From Eledone cirrhosa (lineage: Eukaryota), in the NCBI GenBank assembly GCA_964016885.1, contig OZ024742.1, positions 73,780,001 to 73,844,000 on the forward strand: a DNA stretch of 64,000 nucleotides. Reading direction: 5' to 3'. The first letter of the stretch is position 1, and every line of letters begins with the position of its first letter. Below the pieces are notes generated by a model that saw only the letters and a list, made by a program, of their open reading frames with translations, had not been told where the DNA came from and made no database searches. A program made the translations under genes and the position numbers. Shown here piece after piece: positions 1 to 11,745 of this stretch.

Positions 1-262
1 GTCGTGTTCTTTCTGTTTCTGTGAAGCCTAGCTTCTCAAGATTTTTACTGAGGCAGTTACTAACATATCCCAGTGCCCCAATAATCACAGGTATGATCTG
101 AAGGTATAATCAGAGTGGAGTATCTGCAGATTTCTCTTTAGTTCTGTATAGATATTCTCCTTTACGGTAATCTTTGATGTTATATTGGCATCTGCTGGGC
201 AGCTAACTTCCGCTACTGTGCATGCCTTCTTCTCCCTGTCTTGTATCATTACATCTGGTCTG
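1..262 (-). mobile_element. 5'-truncated non-LTR retrotransposon fragment encoding a restriction-like endonuclease (RLE) domain (R4/Dong/Hero-type)
   Basis: Minus frame reads RPDVMIQDREKKACTVAEVSCPADANITSKITVKENIYTEL and, after a frameshift, PVIIGALGYV: the RPD...E...P...K...IGALG pattern of RLE domains. Truncated against a TCTG/TCTA repeat; runs off the window edge. Confidence 0.7.
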
Positions 263-728
263 TCTATCTGCCTGTCAGTCTGTCTGTATACATGTATGTA
301 TATATATGTGTGTATGTTTATATGTATATTTGTATAAATGTATTTGTATATGTAAGTATGCATGTATGTATATGTCTATGTATGTATACATGTATGTATA
401 TATGTATGTATACATGTATATAAACATTATGTATACATGTGTGTATGTATGTGTGAGTGTGTGTAGACATGCATGTAAACATTATGCATACATGTGTGTA
501 TGTGTGTGTATATACATGTATATGTGTTTGTATGTATATATACATGTATACTTGTTTGTATGAATGTATGTTTGTATTTGTATATATGTCTTACTGTATG
601 AATGTATATATGTATTTATGTATGTATGTATATATATATTCTTCTGGTTTTATAATTTTATTAAAATATTTACCAATAGAGAAAGAGTCGGTTTCTAACA
701 TGGATACAAATATGTATGTATGTGTGTA
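263..728. repeat. Degenerate (TATG/TA/TG)n low-complexity tract
   Basis: Direct reading; source of the YI/CV/MY pseudo-ORFs. Confidence 0.9.
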
Positions 729-898
729 TCCAGCCAGCGACTTGAAAACTCTGGTACAAACACTACACTTGTGACAATTATTGACACATAGTGCTGGGCC
801 CATGGTACCATGTGACGACAAATGCAGAGAGATCTCCAGATATAAAGCAATGCCTGTGCCGTAAAGCTTTTATAGTGAGCAAAGGCACTGCACAAAGC
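729..898 (-). mobile_element. Inverted fragment of the bipartite RTE-derived short element
   Basis: Reverse complement of about 1131-1301; followed by (TATG)n. Confidence 0.85.
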
Positions 899-980
899 AT
901 GTATGTATGTATGTATGTATGTATGTATGTATGTATGTATGTATGTATGTATGTATGTATGTATGTATGTATGTATGTAT

Positions 981-1395
981 CTCCGGGAGAGATGACCCCT
1001 TAGCCTTTGTCAAGGCAGAATTCTAGGAGAAGGAAAACTCTGATATAACACCTGCAACCCTGATGGTATCCAATGATGTTGACTTGTTCTTCTTTTTGGT
1101 AAATATCATCTTGGTTAAGAGAGTGGGACTGGCTTTGTGCAGTGCCTTTACTCACTATAAAAGCTTCACGGCACAGGCATTGCTTCGTATCTGGAGATCT
1201 CTCTGCGCTTGTCGTCACATGGTACCATGGGCCCAGCACTATGTGTCAATAATTGTCACAAGTGTAGTGTTTGTACCAGAGTTTTCAAGTCGCTGGCTGG
1301 ACTAAAAAGTCACACTTGTTCAGTGCATCGGTAGGGGTTCTCCTACATGGATATAAAGTAGTGGCCGTACTCGAAAACGAGTTGGCAGCCACCAT
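981..1395 (+). mobile_element. 5'-truncated copy of the bipartite RTE-derived short element, between (TATG)n tracts
   Basis: Near-identical to 1819-2230; ends GTGGCCGTACTCGAAAACGAGTTGGCAGCCACCA then (TGTA)n. Confidence 0.85.
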
Positions 1396-1550
1396 GTATG
1401 TATGTATGTATGTATGTATGTATGTATGTATGTATGTATGTATGTATGTATGTATGTATGTATGATGTTGACTTGTTCTTCTTTTTGGTAAATATCATCT
1501 TGGTTAAGAGAGTGGGACTGGCTATGTATGCATGTATGTATGTATGTATA

Positions 1551-1586
<36 letters not shown>

Positions 1587-1620
1587 TGTATGTATGTATG
1601 TATGTATGTATGTATGTGTA

Positions 1621-2230
1621 CGTCAGGTCACCAGTTGGTGCTACTGGTAACATGTATCCCAGTAGAAGCTGTCTCATGGTCGGGTCGTTGGCGACTAAAC
1701 TGGCAACCCTACCAAGGTTTCTTGGTGAGGAGGGTGACTTTGGACATCCTGCAGGACTAAAAACAAAACCTGTCAAAGGGCAAAGGAGCTCTTAAGAGTC
1801 AATGGCCATCCAAAATCACCGGGAGAGATGACCCCTTAGCCTTTGTCAAGGCAGAATTCTAGGAGAAGGAAAACTCTGATATAACACCTGCAACCCTGAC
1901 GGTATCCAATGATGTTGACTTGTTCTTCTTTTTGGTAAATATCATCTTGGTTAAGAGAGTGGGACTGGCTTTGTGCAGTGCCTTTGCTCACTATAAAAGC
2001 TTCACGGCACAGGATTTGCTTTATATCTGGAGATCTCTCTGCACTTGTCGTCACATGGTACCATGGGCCCAGCACTATGTGTCAATAATTGTCACAAGTG
2101 TAGTGTTAGTACCAGAGTTTTCAAGTCGCTGGCTGGACTAAAAAGTCACACTCGTTCAGCGCATCAGTAGAGGTTCTCCTACATGGATATAAAGTAGTGG
2201 CCGTACTCGAAAACGAGTTGGCAGCCACCA
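1621..2230 (+). mobile_element. About 610-bp non-autonomous bipartite element (RTE 5' UTR-like head plus RTE 3' end) with (TATG)n tail
   Basis: Contains CTAGGAGAAGGAAAACTCTGAT (RTE 5'-region-like), a C-terminal zinc-finger remnant (CHKCSVCTRVFKSLAGLKSH in the 981 copy) and a 3' stem-loop CTCG-AAAA-CGAG; (TATG)n on both sides. Confidence 0.7.
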
Positions 2231-2464
2231 TGTATGTATGTATGTATGTATGTATGTATGTATGTATGTATGTATGTATGTATGTATGTATGTATGTATG
2301 TATCATCTTGGTTAAGAGAGTGGGACTGGCTTTGTATGTATGTATGTATGTATGTATGTATGTATGTATGTATGTATGTATGTATGTATGTATGTATGTA
2401 TGTATGTATGCATGTATGCATGTATGTATGTATGTATCTATGTATGTAAACATCACAGATGCCC

Positions 2465-4223
2465 AAAAGAAATAGGCCTGGAAATGTTACTATTAGAGAC
2501 TGATGAATGTAGAAAATGAATGGAAGGACGAGTAACTATCCTCAACTTACCCAACAGAAGGACCAGCTATTGAAGTTGACAGTTATCGGGTCAAAGAAGC
2601 AATCAAAGAGATAAAGAATGATAATGTGGCGGGGCCGTCAGAGATAGTTGCTGAGATGTTAAAAACATCGAAGGAGTAGGAGACGAAATAGTAAAACGCA
2701 TAAACAATCAGGTAAAACAAGACGGAGTCATACCAAATGAGTGGCACAGCTGTACAAACATAAATTGCTACAAAGGCAAAGGTGATGCTCTAGAAAGGAG
2801 AAACCATAGAGGAATAAAAATAATAGACTAAGTTATGAAAGTGACAGAAAGAGTTATAGCGCTGCTAATTAAGGAAAGAGTCAAATTAGACGAAATGCAG
2901 TTTGGTTTCATGCCTGGGAAAAGTTCTACCGATACCCTCTTCCTAGTGAGGCAACTACAAGAAAAGTTCTTAATCAAGAATAAATCACTATATTTATCTT
3001 TTGTTGATCTAGAAAAGGCTTTGACAGAGTACCTTGATATATTATCTGGTGGTCCTTAAGGAAATTAGCTATAGAAGAATGGCTTGTGAGAGCAGTGTAT
3101 GCTATGTTCAGAGGAGCTGTCAGTAAAGTGAGAGTAAGAAGTGAGTTTAGTAAGGAATTCAAGATACAGGTAAGAGTTCATCAAGGTTTGGTTCTTAGCC
3201 CACTGCTGTTCATCACAGGCCATAACAGCTGGATTTAAAACTGGTTGTCCATTCTAACTTCTCTATGTAGATGATTTGGTCCTTATAGCCGAATCTATAA
3301 AAAAAAAAAACTAGAAAATAAGTTCCGACTATGGAAACGGAATTTGGAATCAAAAAGTCTGAAAGTTAGTAAAAACTAAAATGCTAGTGAGTAGGAAAGA
3401 AGTTAAAACCTGATCCCGCCCTGCTCCATATATAGAAAAGGAGTAGGCATAAATTCCATAGGGTGTACACTTGAGGTGTAGGGGAACAACCGGTAGACTA
3501 AAAGGAAAGGAAAGGAAAACTTTGTATGTAGAAGATGCACACGAATAATTTAGGGGAAGAATGACAGTGATATAAACCACTTCAAATTACAGAAAGCGTC
3601 CGTAGAAGTGGTTCTATCAAGGTGACTTAATTAGCAGCGGAGGGGGTGCTCTGGGAGCATAGTAACTAGAATGGAAGAAGTTTAGGGAACTATTTCCACT
3701 GTTAATCACAAAAGAGTTCTCTCTATGTACAAAAGGATGGCTGTATGACGCCTGTGTGCGAAGTGGAATGCTGCATGTTAGTAAAACATAGGCAGTAACT
3801 GTAGAAGACAGGCGTAGACAGGAGAGAAACGAAGCCACCATGCTACGTTGGATGTGCATTGTATAGGTGAGAAAAAAGCAGAGCTTGGATAAATTAGGGG
3901 AGAAGCTGTGTTTAAGAGGAATCAGAAGTGGTGTGCAGAAGAGAAGACTGTGTTGGTATGGACATGTGATGCGCATGGATGATGATCGATGGTGCCAGGA
4001 AATGCCAGTGGAAGGAAGCCGCAGTAGAGGTAGACCGAGAAAGACCTGGGCAAAGGTGGTGAGAGCTGACCTCAAATCGCTGAGACTCACAGAGATGACG
4101 AAGAAACGCGGCGAATGGAGAGATACTGTATTGAGAAGGACCCGTCCAACCCATACAAACGTGGAAAAACGCACGTAAAACGACGATGATGACGATGATG
4201 ATGATGATGATGACAATGATGAT
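2465..4223 (+). mobile_element. Decayed RTE-clade LINE, RT and 3' end, with (GAT)n tail
   Basis: Frames give MQFGFMPGKSSTDTLFLVRQLQEK...FVDLEKA, LLYVDDLVL, RRLCWYGHVMRM...RGRPRKTW; many stops and frameshifts; (GAT)n at about 4182-4223. Confidence 0.9.
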
Positions 4224-4607
4224 GTACGTTTGTATGTATATATGTATGCGTGTAAGTTAGTAAATAGGTTGATATATATATATATATATATGTGCGCGCG
4301 CGCGCGTGTGTGTGTCTGTATGCTTGTGTGTCTCTATTTATGTATATGTATGTCTCTATGCTTGCGTCAGTTCGCTTCTATGTGTGAGCTCATACGCGTG
4401 TGCATGTAACTACCTGATGTACTTTAAGCGACAGCATTATCTACAGCAGTTTTCTTTCTATCTATTTTCCTCTCTCTCTCTCTTCCTTGCTCATCCACTC
4501 TTCGACATTATTTGTCTCTCATTCTATCCTTAACGCTTTCTGTCTATCTCTTTCTCTGTCCCTCTCATTCTCTGTGTATGAATGTATGTATGTATATATA
4601 TATATAT

Positions 4608-4784
4608 AGGAACGAGTAGGACCCCGACGGCTAATTCTGGACTAATTAGTCCAGAATTAGCCATCGAAACGGCTTGAGCTCAGCCGTCGGGGTCCTACTC
4701 GTTCCTATTAACCACTCTACTACCCTAAGTATTGAGTTCTTTGGTGCGTTATGGTCCACCTGGTTCCTTACCACATTTCCTTCG

Positions 4785-4786
<2 letters not shown>
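4608..4786 (+). mobile_element. Palindromic PLE terminal-repeat-like mini-element with the 3' half of a hammerhead, between (TA)n tracts (copy 1)
   Basis: Fold-back axis at 4645/4646; GAAAC-GGCT-TGAGCTC-AGCC-GTC follows; homologous to 41021-41213 and 60785-60989. Confidence 0.75.
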
Positions 4787-4850
<64 letters not shown>

Positions 4851-5009
4851 TCATGTACGTCAATACTCATGTTTTTCCATTTCTCCGAGGGTTCTTAACC
4901 CCACTATCAGGCTAAATAATTTCTTTAATTTCTTTAGTCAAAATACGGCGATAGCTTACATTTCTAATAATTTCAAACCAACTCGCTGTTTCGAAAATAT
5001 TCTTATATA

Positions 5010-5058
<49 letters not shown>

Positions 5059-5090
5059 GTGTGTGTGCGCGCACGTGCGTGTGTGTGTAC

Positions 5091-5320
5091 AATAGCATAG
5101 TACCCGTCAAAAATTCTAGGGCTTATATTAATAATTACAACATTCTATGTAAAGATACTTGAATACTCGAGTTTCTGTTTCCCCCCTCTTGTCACTTCGG
5201 CTATCATCGTATTTCATTTTACAACCATGTAAGTCAAGTACAATAATTTTATTCCATATTTTCTTTAATCATTATCAAACATATAACTATTCAATTACGA
5301 TGACTTTGCTCTAGCTATAT
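5091..5320 (-). mobile_element. Interspersed repeat, probable Helitron 3' end remnant
   Basis: Homologous to 26909-27160; both start with a degenerate ACTAG..ACCCGTC motif like a Helitron CTAG end with hairpin. Confidence 0.45.
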
Positions 5321-5526
5321 ATCTGTCTATCTTCGGACCTATTGAGTTTCAGGCTTTGTTGCTGTTGTTGTTCTGTTTCTTCTTGTTCGAAGATGGATAC
5401 ATTAGTAAATATACAGAAATAAATAGCTATAGATAGGAAGTCAGTCAGACAGACATAGATAGATAGACGTGTGTGTGTGTATATATATAGAGAGAGAGGG
5501 GGGTTAGATAGATTGATAGATAGGTA

Positions 5527-6110
5527 TGTTTCTTTATTAACGACAGGGGCACAAAAGAAGGGGACAAATACAAAGGGGTAAGTTTACATACAATAGAAAC
5601 GTGTAAAATACTATCACACATGCAATTTATAAAACAATCGATTTTCCCCAATAGGGGGAGACATTACATATGGGTAACACATAGCCCCGAAAAAAATGTA
5701 GAACCCTCATCTCCAGGAGTACGAAGAGTGAGTACCCCTTTCCTCTCTTCCTCTTTTTCCTCAACCTACAGGCTGATATAGAGAGAAGGCCCATTCACTC
5801 GGGCCATTCTCGCCACTTTCACCCACCTTTCATAAAACTTGCTGGGGTACAGCACCTCTCTCTCCATCCTGATTCTTCTTCCAAAGTGGTATTTGAAAAA
5901 AAGAATCAATTGTTGGCCGGAGAGAAAGGTGTCTGACCTCAGCCCTTTTAACCTCGTCCACCAAACAACCTCTTTCGCCATAGCCATCACACATAGGAAA
6001 ACCGCATCTCCTTCGTTTTTGAAGGAGGGTGGCGGTTTGATCATGACAATGGACTTGGTGGTCAACCGGATTGGTCCCACCCGCGACAATAGTCGTTCTA
6101 CATAGCCCCA
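5527..6110 (-). mobile_element. Tx1/L1-clade LINE, family 1, 5'-truncated 3' fragment (copy A)
   Basis: Encodes ...MAKEVVWWTRLKG...ERWVKVARMARVNGPSLYISL; 3' UTR ends AATAAAGAAA; GATA repeats on both sides. Confidence 0.9.
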
Positions 6111-6394
6111 TATAGATAGATAGATAGATATATTTCTTTTATTTGCCACTAGGGCATCAAAAGTGGGACAAATACAAAGGGGGGAGTTTACACAAAAAGG
6201 CGTCCTCAATAAGGAGAAGGCAATAACAAAATATAAAAATAAAATAAGATATAACAAAAAATAAAATTTTTAACAAAATCCTCAATAGAGAGGAGGCGCC
6301 TTGGGGGGTCGCACACACCCCCGAAAAAAGTGTGCAACCCTTCTCCTCAGGAGCACAGAGAAGGGGTGCTCCCTTGGTCTTTTATCTTCCTCAC

Positions 6395-9300
6395 CTATAG
6401 TCTGATGTAGAGTGAAGGCCCATTCACACGGGCCATTCTCGCCACTTTCACCCATCTTTCATAGAAACGGCTGGGGTGCAGCACCTCTCTCTCCATCCTG
6501 ATCCTTCTTCCGAAATGATATCGGAAGAAACGGACCAGTTGTTGGCCAGAGAGAAAGGTGCCTGACCTCAGTCCTTTCAGACGCGTCCACCATACAACCT
6601 CTTTCGCCATGGCTATTACGCACAGAAACACCGCTTCTGCTTCATCTTTGAAGGGGGGAGGCGGCTTGATCATTACAATCGACTCGGTGGTCAACCGGAT
6701 CGGTCCCACCCTTGACAGCAGTTGTTCGACATAGCCCCACAGATCGGCTACGCCCGAGCAGTGTACTAATGCGTGTGCAACGGTTTCCTCGTCGCACACG
6801 CATCTGGGACAGATCTTTTTGGCGGGGTCCCTACCCGGGCGCCCGTGTCTGTAGAGCCTTTCTCGAACGGGTAAAGCCCCTCGGTAGCACTGCCAGGCCA
6901 GGGACTTCTGGAAGTTGTCCATAGGTCCCGGGCTGAATGTCCTACCGAACAGGCTGGCCAGTTCGTCCTCCTCCATGTCTAGGGCTTCTCCGAGGGCGTC
7001 GTCGCACCTGCTGCGTACCAGCCCTCTATAGAATGTCGCGGTGGAGTCTCCACTGATAACCGGGTCCGCCTGACAGAGGGCCGTGAGCGCCTGGGCACAC
7101 TCAGTGTGCCAGGCGCCCAATTTTCTCGGTCTTTGCTTGACCCAGGATTGCAGCTCGGTGAATGAGACGAGTCTGGGAAAGATTCGTCTCACAAACGGGG
7201 CCCACACCGGTTGACCGGTGAGGAATACGTGGAGGTGCCGTAGCCTTAATGCGTGTTTACGCATCATTAGCCACGGCATCCCCAGCCCTCCTTTAGAAGG
7301 GTGTTGACAGCAGATGGATCTCCTCACCAAAGAAGCCCGCTTCTTCAAAAGGAATTGGAAGAGTGCGCGCTCTATCTTGGCGAGGGTTTCCCTTGGGCAA
7401 GGCACGACGGTCAGGCGGTAGTAGATGACGGACGCTATATAGGTGTTCGCCACCTCCGCCCGACCTTTCAGGGATAGTTTGCAACTGTCCCACTTCTGGG
7501 TCAGTGCAAACACCCTGTTCGTAACCTCACCCCAGTTCTTCTCCATCTGGAGGTCTGGTCCGAACCAGACCCCGAGCAACTTCACCGGGCCCTCCGTCCA
7601 GCGTCCGACGATGCCATCGGAGGGCATCGGTTTTCCCCTCCACGTGCCGAGTTGCAAACGGATCGGCTTGTCCCGGTTCAGCTTAGCCCCTGTGAACCTT
7701 TCGTACTCCTCCAGTAATGTGCCGATCGCCCCGATTTCGGAGGCCTTCGACACCATTACTGTCACGTCATCGGCGTAGGCCGACACCGCTTTCCGCAATC
7801 CCGGTTCCAAAGGGATGCCCTGCAACAACTCCAATTTCCGCAGTAGTGGCTCGAGAGTCAATACATACAGAAGGGAGGAGAGAGGGCACCCTTGTGGATG
7901 GACCGCGCGATATCGAACGGCTCCGAGAGGTAGCCGTTCACCTTGACTCTAGAGCAGATGCGGCTGCTGTGCATAGCAGTGATCCATCCCCTGAAAACGG
8001 GTCCGAAGCCTGCCGCCGCTAGCACCACATCCAGGTAACCATGGTCTACCCTATCGAACGCCTTAGATTGATCCAAGTCGATCAGGGTCCCACCAAAGCC
8101 GGGTTCATTCCCAACCCTCTCTATGATGTATCGCATGAGGTGGAGGTTGTCGTGGATGGACCTGGACGGGATAGCACATGTCTGCGCATCTCCCACCAGG
8201 TTGCCCACGACAAGCGCCAACCTCTTTGCTAGCACCTTGGCCAAAATCTGTAACTCTGTATTTAGCAGAGTTATGGGCTTGAAGTTACTTATTTCGTCCC
8301 CCTTGTTCTCGTCCTTCCTCACTAGCGTGACTACGCCCTTGGTCACAGAACAGGGAATTCTCCCGTTCTGTTGCCAGTTGCAGTAAACCGCCTCGAGGAG
8401 ATCGGGGAACAAGTCCGGCATAGCTAGATATAGTTCGTATGGAAGACCATCGAGACCCGGGGATTTGCGTTTGCCGCATTGGCTCAGCACGTCCTCTATC
8501 TCAGCGGCTGAAATCGGCTGCTTAGGTTCAAGGATCGCCCGTCCATCCTGGTCTCGCAAAGACCGGATGGTGGATTTAATTCCACTCTTGGCTTCTGTCA
8601 CGCGGGCCCAGCTAACAACTTTGGTCCCCTCGTTCCCTAGAGAACGTATTTTACTTCAGACAACGCAGCCTTCGTGCTTCGCGTCGAAAAACTGTCTCAA
8701 AGCCGTTCTCGACGCTAGCACTCTGGCCACGTCGCCGCTTCTAATTGCCTCTTCTACTCTATCTATCAGCTCCCTTTCCTTCCTATTCCTATCCACAGCT
8801 AGAACCTTACTAAATTCTATCGAGACTAATCTAATCTCTCTCTTTAGAGATACCCACCACCTGCTGTTGACGATCGCTCCAGTCAACCGCTTCTTAACTA
8901 CCGTACTAATCCAGTCCCTGTAAGCTTTACTTGCCGGTAAGGACAAGTTCAGCTTCCAGTAACCGGGACCCTGTCTATGCGTTCTATCAAGGTTGACCAT
9001 GCAGGTCACCAACTTGTGGTCTGAATAGCCAACCATGAGCATTTCTGGACAATTTAAAAAGTCCCTGTCCTTATTTCTAACTAAGAACCTATCTAGGTAC
9101 GATCTAGATTCACCGCTGAGAATTGTCCAAGACCAGGTTGGCACCGTCGGAAAATCTAGTCGAAATCTATCGGCCAGGTCAAATCGGCCAAGTAACCCCT
9201 TGAGGCTGTTGTACCCCTCTCTATCGGGACATGCCCCTGCATAGTCCCAACGTGCATCCAGGATACCATTCCAGTCCCCCACTAAAAGCAGGGAACGGGA

Positions 9301-9691
9301 CGTCCCTAGAAAAGACTCCAGACGTTGGAAGAAGTCGGGCCGCTCTGTCACAAAAGGGGCATATGCGGCTACCAGCCTAAAGGCTCCACCTTCACCACTG
9401 CCAAGGTCCAGCACCACCAGTCGACCCGCTGGGTCCAAGTGAACTATCTGTGTGGCGAGACCCAGATGTTTTTGCAGCAGAACGACAACCCCCCCCCCCC
9501 TCTGGACAGAGAGATGCGTGCATCTCAAAGTCATCAAAGGTGGGGGCCAGCTGTCGCACGCTGCTGATCCGGGCCTCGCAGATAACCATCACATTTATAG
9601 ATCGTGACCTGAGGTCATTTAGAAGCATTGCTTGCTTCCAAGGTGAGCCCAGGCCACGCGCATTTAGACACCCTACTCTCAACACAGCCAT
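6395..9691 (-). pseudogene. Tx1 ORF2 (APE endonuclease + reverse transcriptase), disrupted
   Basis: MAVLRVGCLNARGL, GDWN, SYLDRF, YSDH, KSPGLDG, DQSKAFDRVDH, AYADD, CPRC...HALVHC. Broken by frameshifts or stops near 9490, 8656 and 7890, and lacks about 135 bp at about 8517 relative to copy C. Confidence 0.92.
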
Positions 9692-9715
9692 GTTGGTGGT
9701 AAGGAGAAAAGGCAC

Positions 9716-11540
9716 TTACCTCTCTGCGTCCCGGGGAGCGGGCCGCTCAATTTCCATGAGGGTTGGGGATGGGTTGTTGGGTGGGGTGGTGGTTTGTGGA
9801 AGTGTAGGGGCATCAGTGTGTTGTGGGGTTGGGGTGTTTGTAGTTGAGTGGATGTCTGGGTGGGGGGTGGTGAATTTTTTTAGGAGGACGCGGTTGATTG
9901 GCTTGGTGAAATTTATTTTCAACGTTTTTTATAAGTTCATTGGGACTTTAATCATTTGTAAATGAGGTAGTCCCACAGCAGTTAGAAAGTTAGGCCCTTC
10001 AGTTTGGACCGAAGGGTTTGACGAAATTGTGTTCATTAGTTCTTTGTTTTTTGTGTTCATGTATGTATATTGTAAAGTCTTTTTTTGCGTTGCAGTTAGT
10101 GTTGTGTGACGGGGAGGGGTGGTTTGTATATAGTTTGTTTTCTCTTGGGGTGGGTTTATGTTAATAAGTGTGTCTGTGGTGCGCCTCCTCTTCTTTCTTT
10201 TTACTATTTGGAAGGGATCTTTTTCGTCTTGCGACGAAAGGGGTTCGTCTTCCTTGTTGGGTGGGAGGGGTATATTTTCTGGTAGTGTTTGCGGTGTGTG
10301 TGTTTTTGTATTTGTTTTGGGTGTGGAGGGGTTGGGTGGGACAGTGTTCTGTGTTGTTTTTTCACGTGTTTGTTGTTGTTGTGGTGGTGGTGTTGTTGGT
10401 TTTTGTTGTTCTTGTGGTTGTTTTTGTTGTTGTTGTTGGGGTGGTGGTGGTGTTGGTTGTTTTTGATGTTGTTGTTGGGGTGTTGGTAGCAATGGTTTTT
10501 TCGGTGTGAGCTGGGGACAGGCAGCCCTCAGGTGACCTCTGTTGCCACAGAGGTAACAGGAGGGACGCCTACCCTCCACAATAATGTTGAGGTGGGTACG
10601 GTCATCCAGCATGACGTGTTCAGGGATTTGGGCGATACGTTCTGGCTTTATTTGGGTCAGAACTTCAATGCTCGTTCCACTGAACGCGTCGCCGGATTGA
10701 TATAAGGTTGTCCTATTGATATAAAGTTGTCCTATTGATATAAGGTTGTCCTCGTCCAAGTTGAGGAAACCGGTTAGTAACCACCAGTAGTTTATGTTTG
10801 GGGTGATGGTGGTTATCCAAATTCTTTGGGTTTTTTTTACCCATGTAGGTTGGAAAAAAGGTGTAATGCGTGGAACGAATTGGCGACACAGAGTATTTTT
10901 TCGCCGCCAATTCGTCTTTCATCAATATGGATAAACTCCCATAGAGTTTATCCTTTTGTATGAAAATTATGTCTTTCATAGCCTCTTTCAGGACCAACTG
11001 AATTTCAGCTTGAGATGGTTGTGCTGGTTTTCTTGTTTTGTTGGCAATTGTACGGAATACAACAGTTCGTAATTCCGTCTGTTTTTTTTTAAGTTCTGGG
11101 GACGAATTGATGGAAAAAGATCCATTTTCGCCAAAAGATACATATTTTTTTGCTTTTTCAAGCATTTCTTTTGCATTTGTTATATCCTCAAGCACATAGG
11201 TGACTGATATTTTAGCAGTCTGTGCAAAAGATATTTTGTTTTCGTTGTTGGTGTTTGAGTTGTTCTGTTTCTCGTAGTTTGAGTTATTTTCATTCTTGTT
11301 GTTGTTGTCTTTCTAATTTGGTGTGTTGGTTTTGTCATTGTTAGTGTTTTCGTTGTAATTAATTGGGTTTGCACCCGTATTTACTTGTTTGTCCGGCATA
11401 TCGCCTTTTACAAAGTCTTTTAAAACGTTGACGCGGGAAAGCAAAGCGCTTTGTACCGCTTGCTTCTTTCTCTCTTCTTCCTTAGTGAGCGTGGTGTTTT
11501 CGTTCACACGTGCTACAGACATGGCGTCAATTTTTACCAT
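9716..11540 (-). pseudogene. Tx1 ORF1 (gag-like, CCHC zinc knuckle, P/Q/T-rich tail), frameshifted
   Basis: ORF-track pieces 11313-11552, 10713-11195, 9929-10759 and 9716-9922; IIVEGRRPSCYLCGNRGHLRAACP. Confidence 0.8.
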
Positions 11541-11745
11541 GTGAGTCAGCAAAAACTTTTGGAGTAGTTTTTACCCCAAAAGGGGTAAAAATACGATGTC
11601 CACCCGTCTACAGACCTAGCCGGGTGGTTAAAAGACACGAAGACAACATAATAAAGAGATAAACAGGTAACAATTCAAAAAGGCAGGAGCCGATGTTGTA
11701 CGCGTCTATACTATGCGAGATAGATAGATAGATAGATAGATAGAT

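Larger units (their letters stand above)
6131..11717 (-). mobile_element. Near full-length Tx1/L1-clade LINE, family 2 (copy B), in (GATA)n
   Basis: 5' UTR, ORF1 with CCHC knuckle, ORF2 with APE endonuclease, RT and C-terminal zinc knuckle, 3' UTR with AATAAAA; (TAGA)n at about 6111-6130 and 11718-11745. Confidence 0.92.

Noticed and set aside
1621-1710. Possible HDV-like ribozyme at the 5' end of the RTE-derived element
   Set aside because: P2 (CCAGT/ACTGG) and a P4-like hairpin are visible, but I could not build P3/L3 and P1.1.
4880-4920. Hammerhead-like CTGATAG plus hairpin on the minus strand
   Set aside because: GAAA box, stem III and stem I do not fit.
9690-9725. AG/GTAAGT splice-donor-like site at the Tx1 ORF1 stop
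   Set aside because: Not conserved at the same position in copy E.
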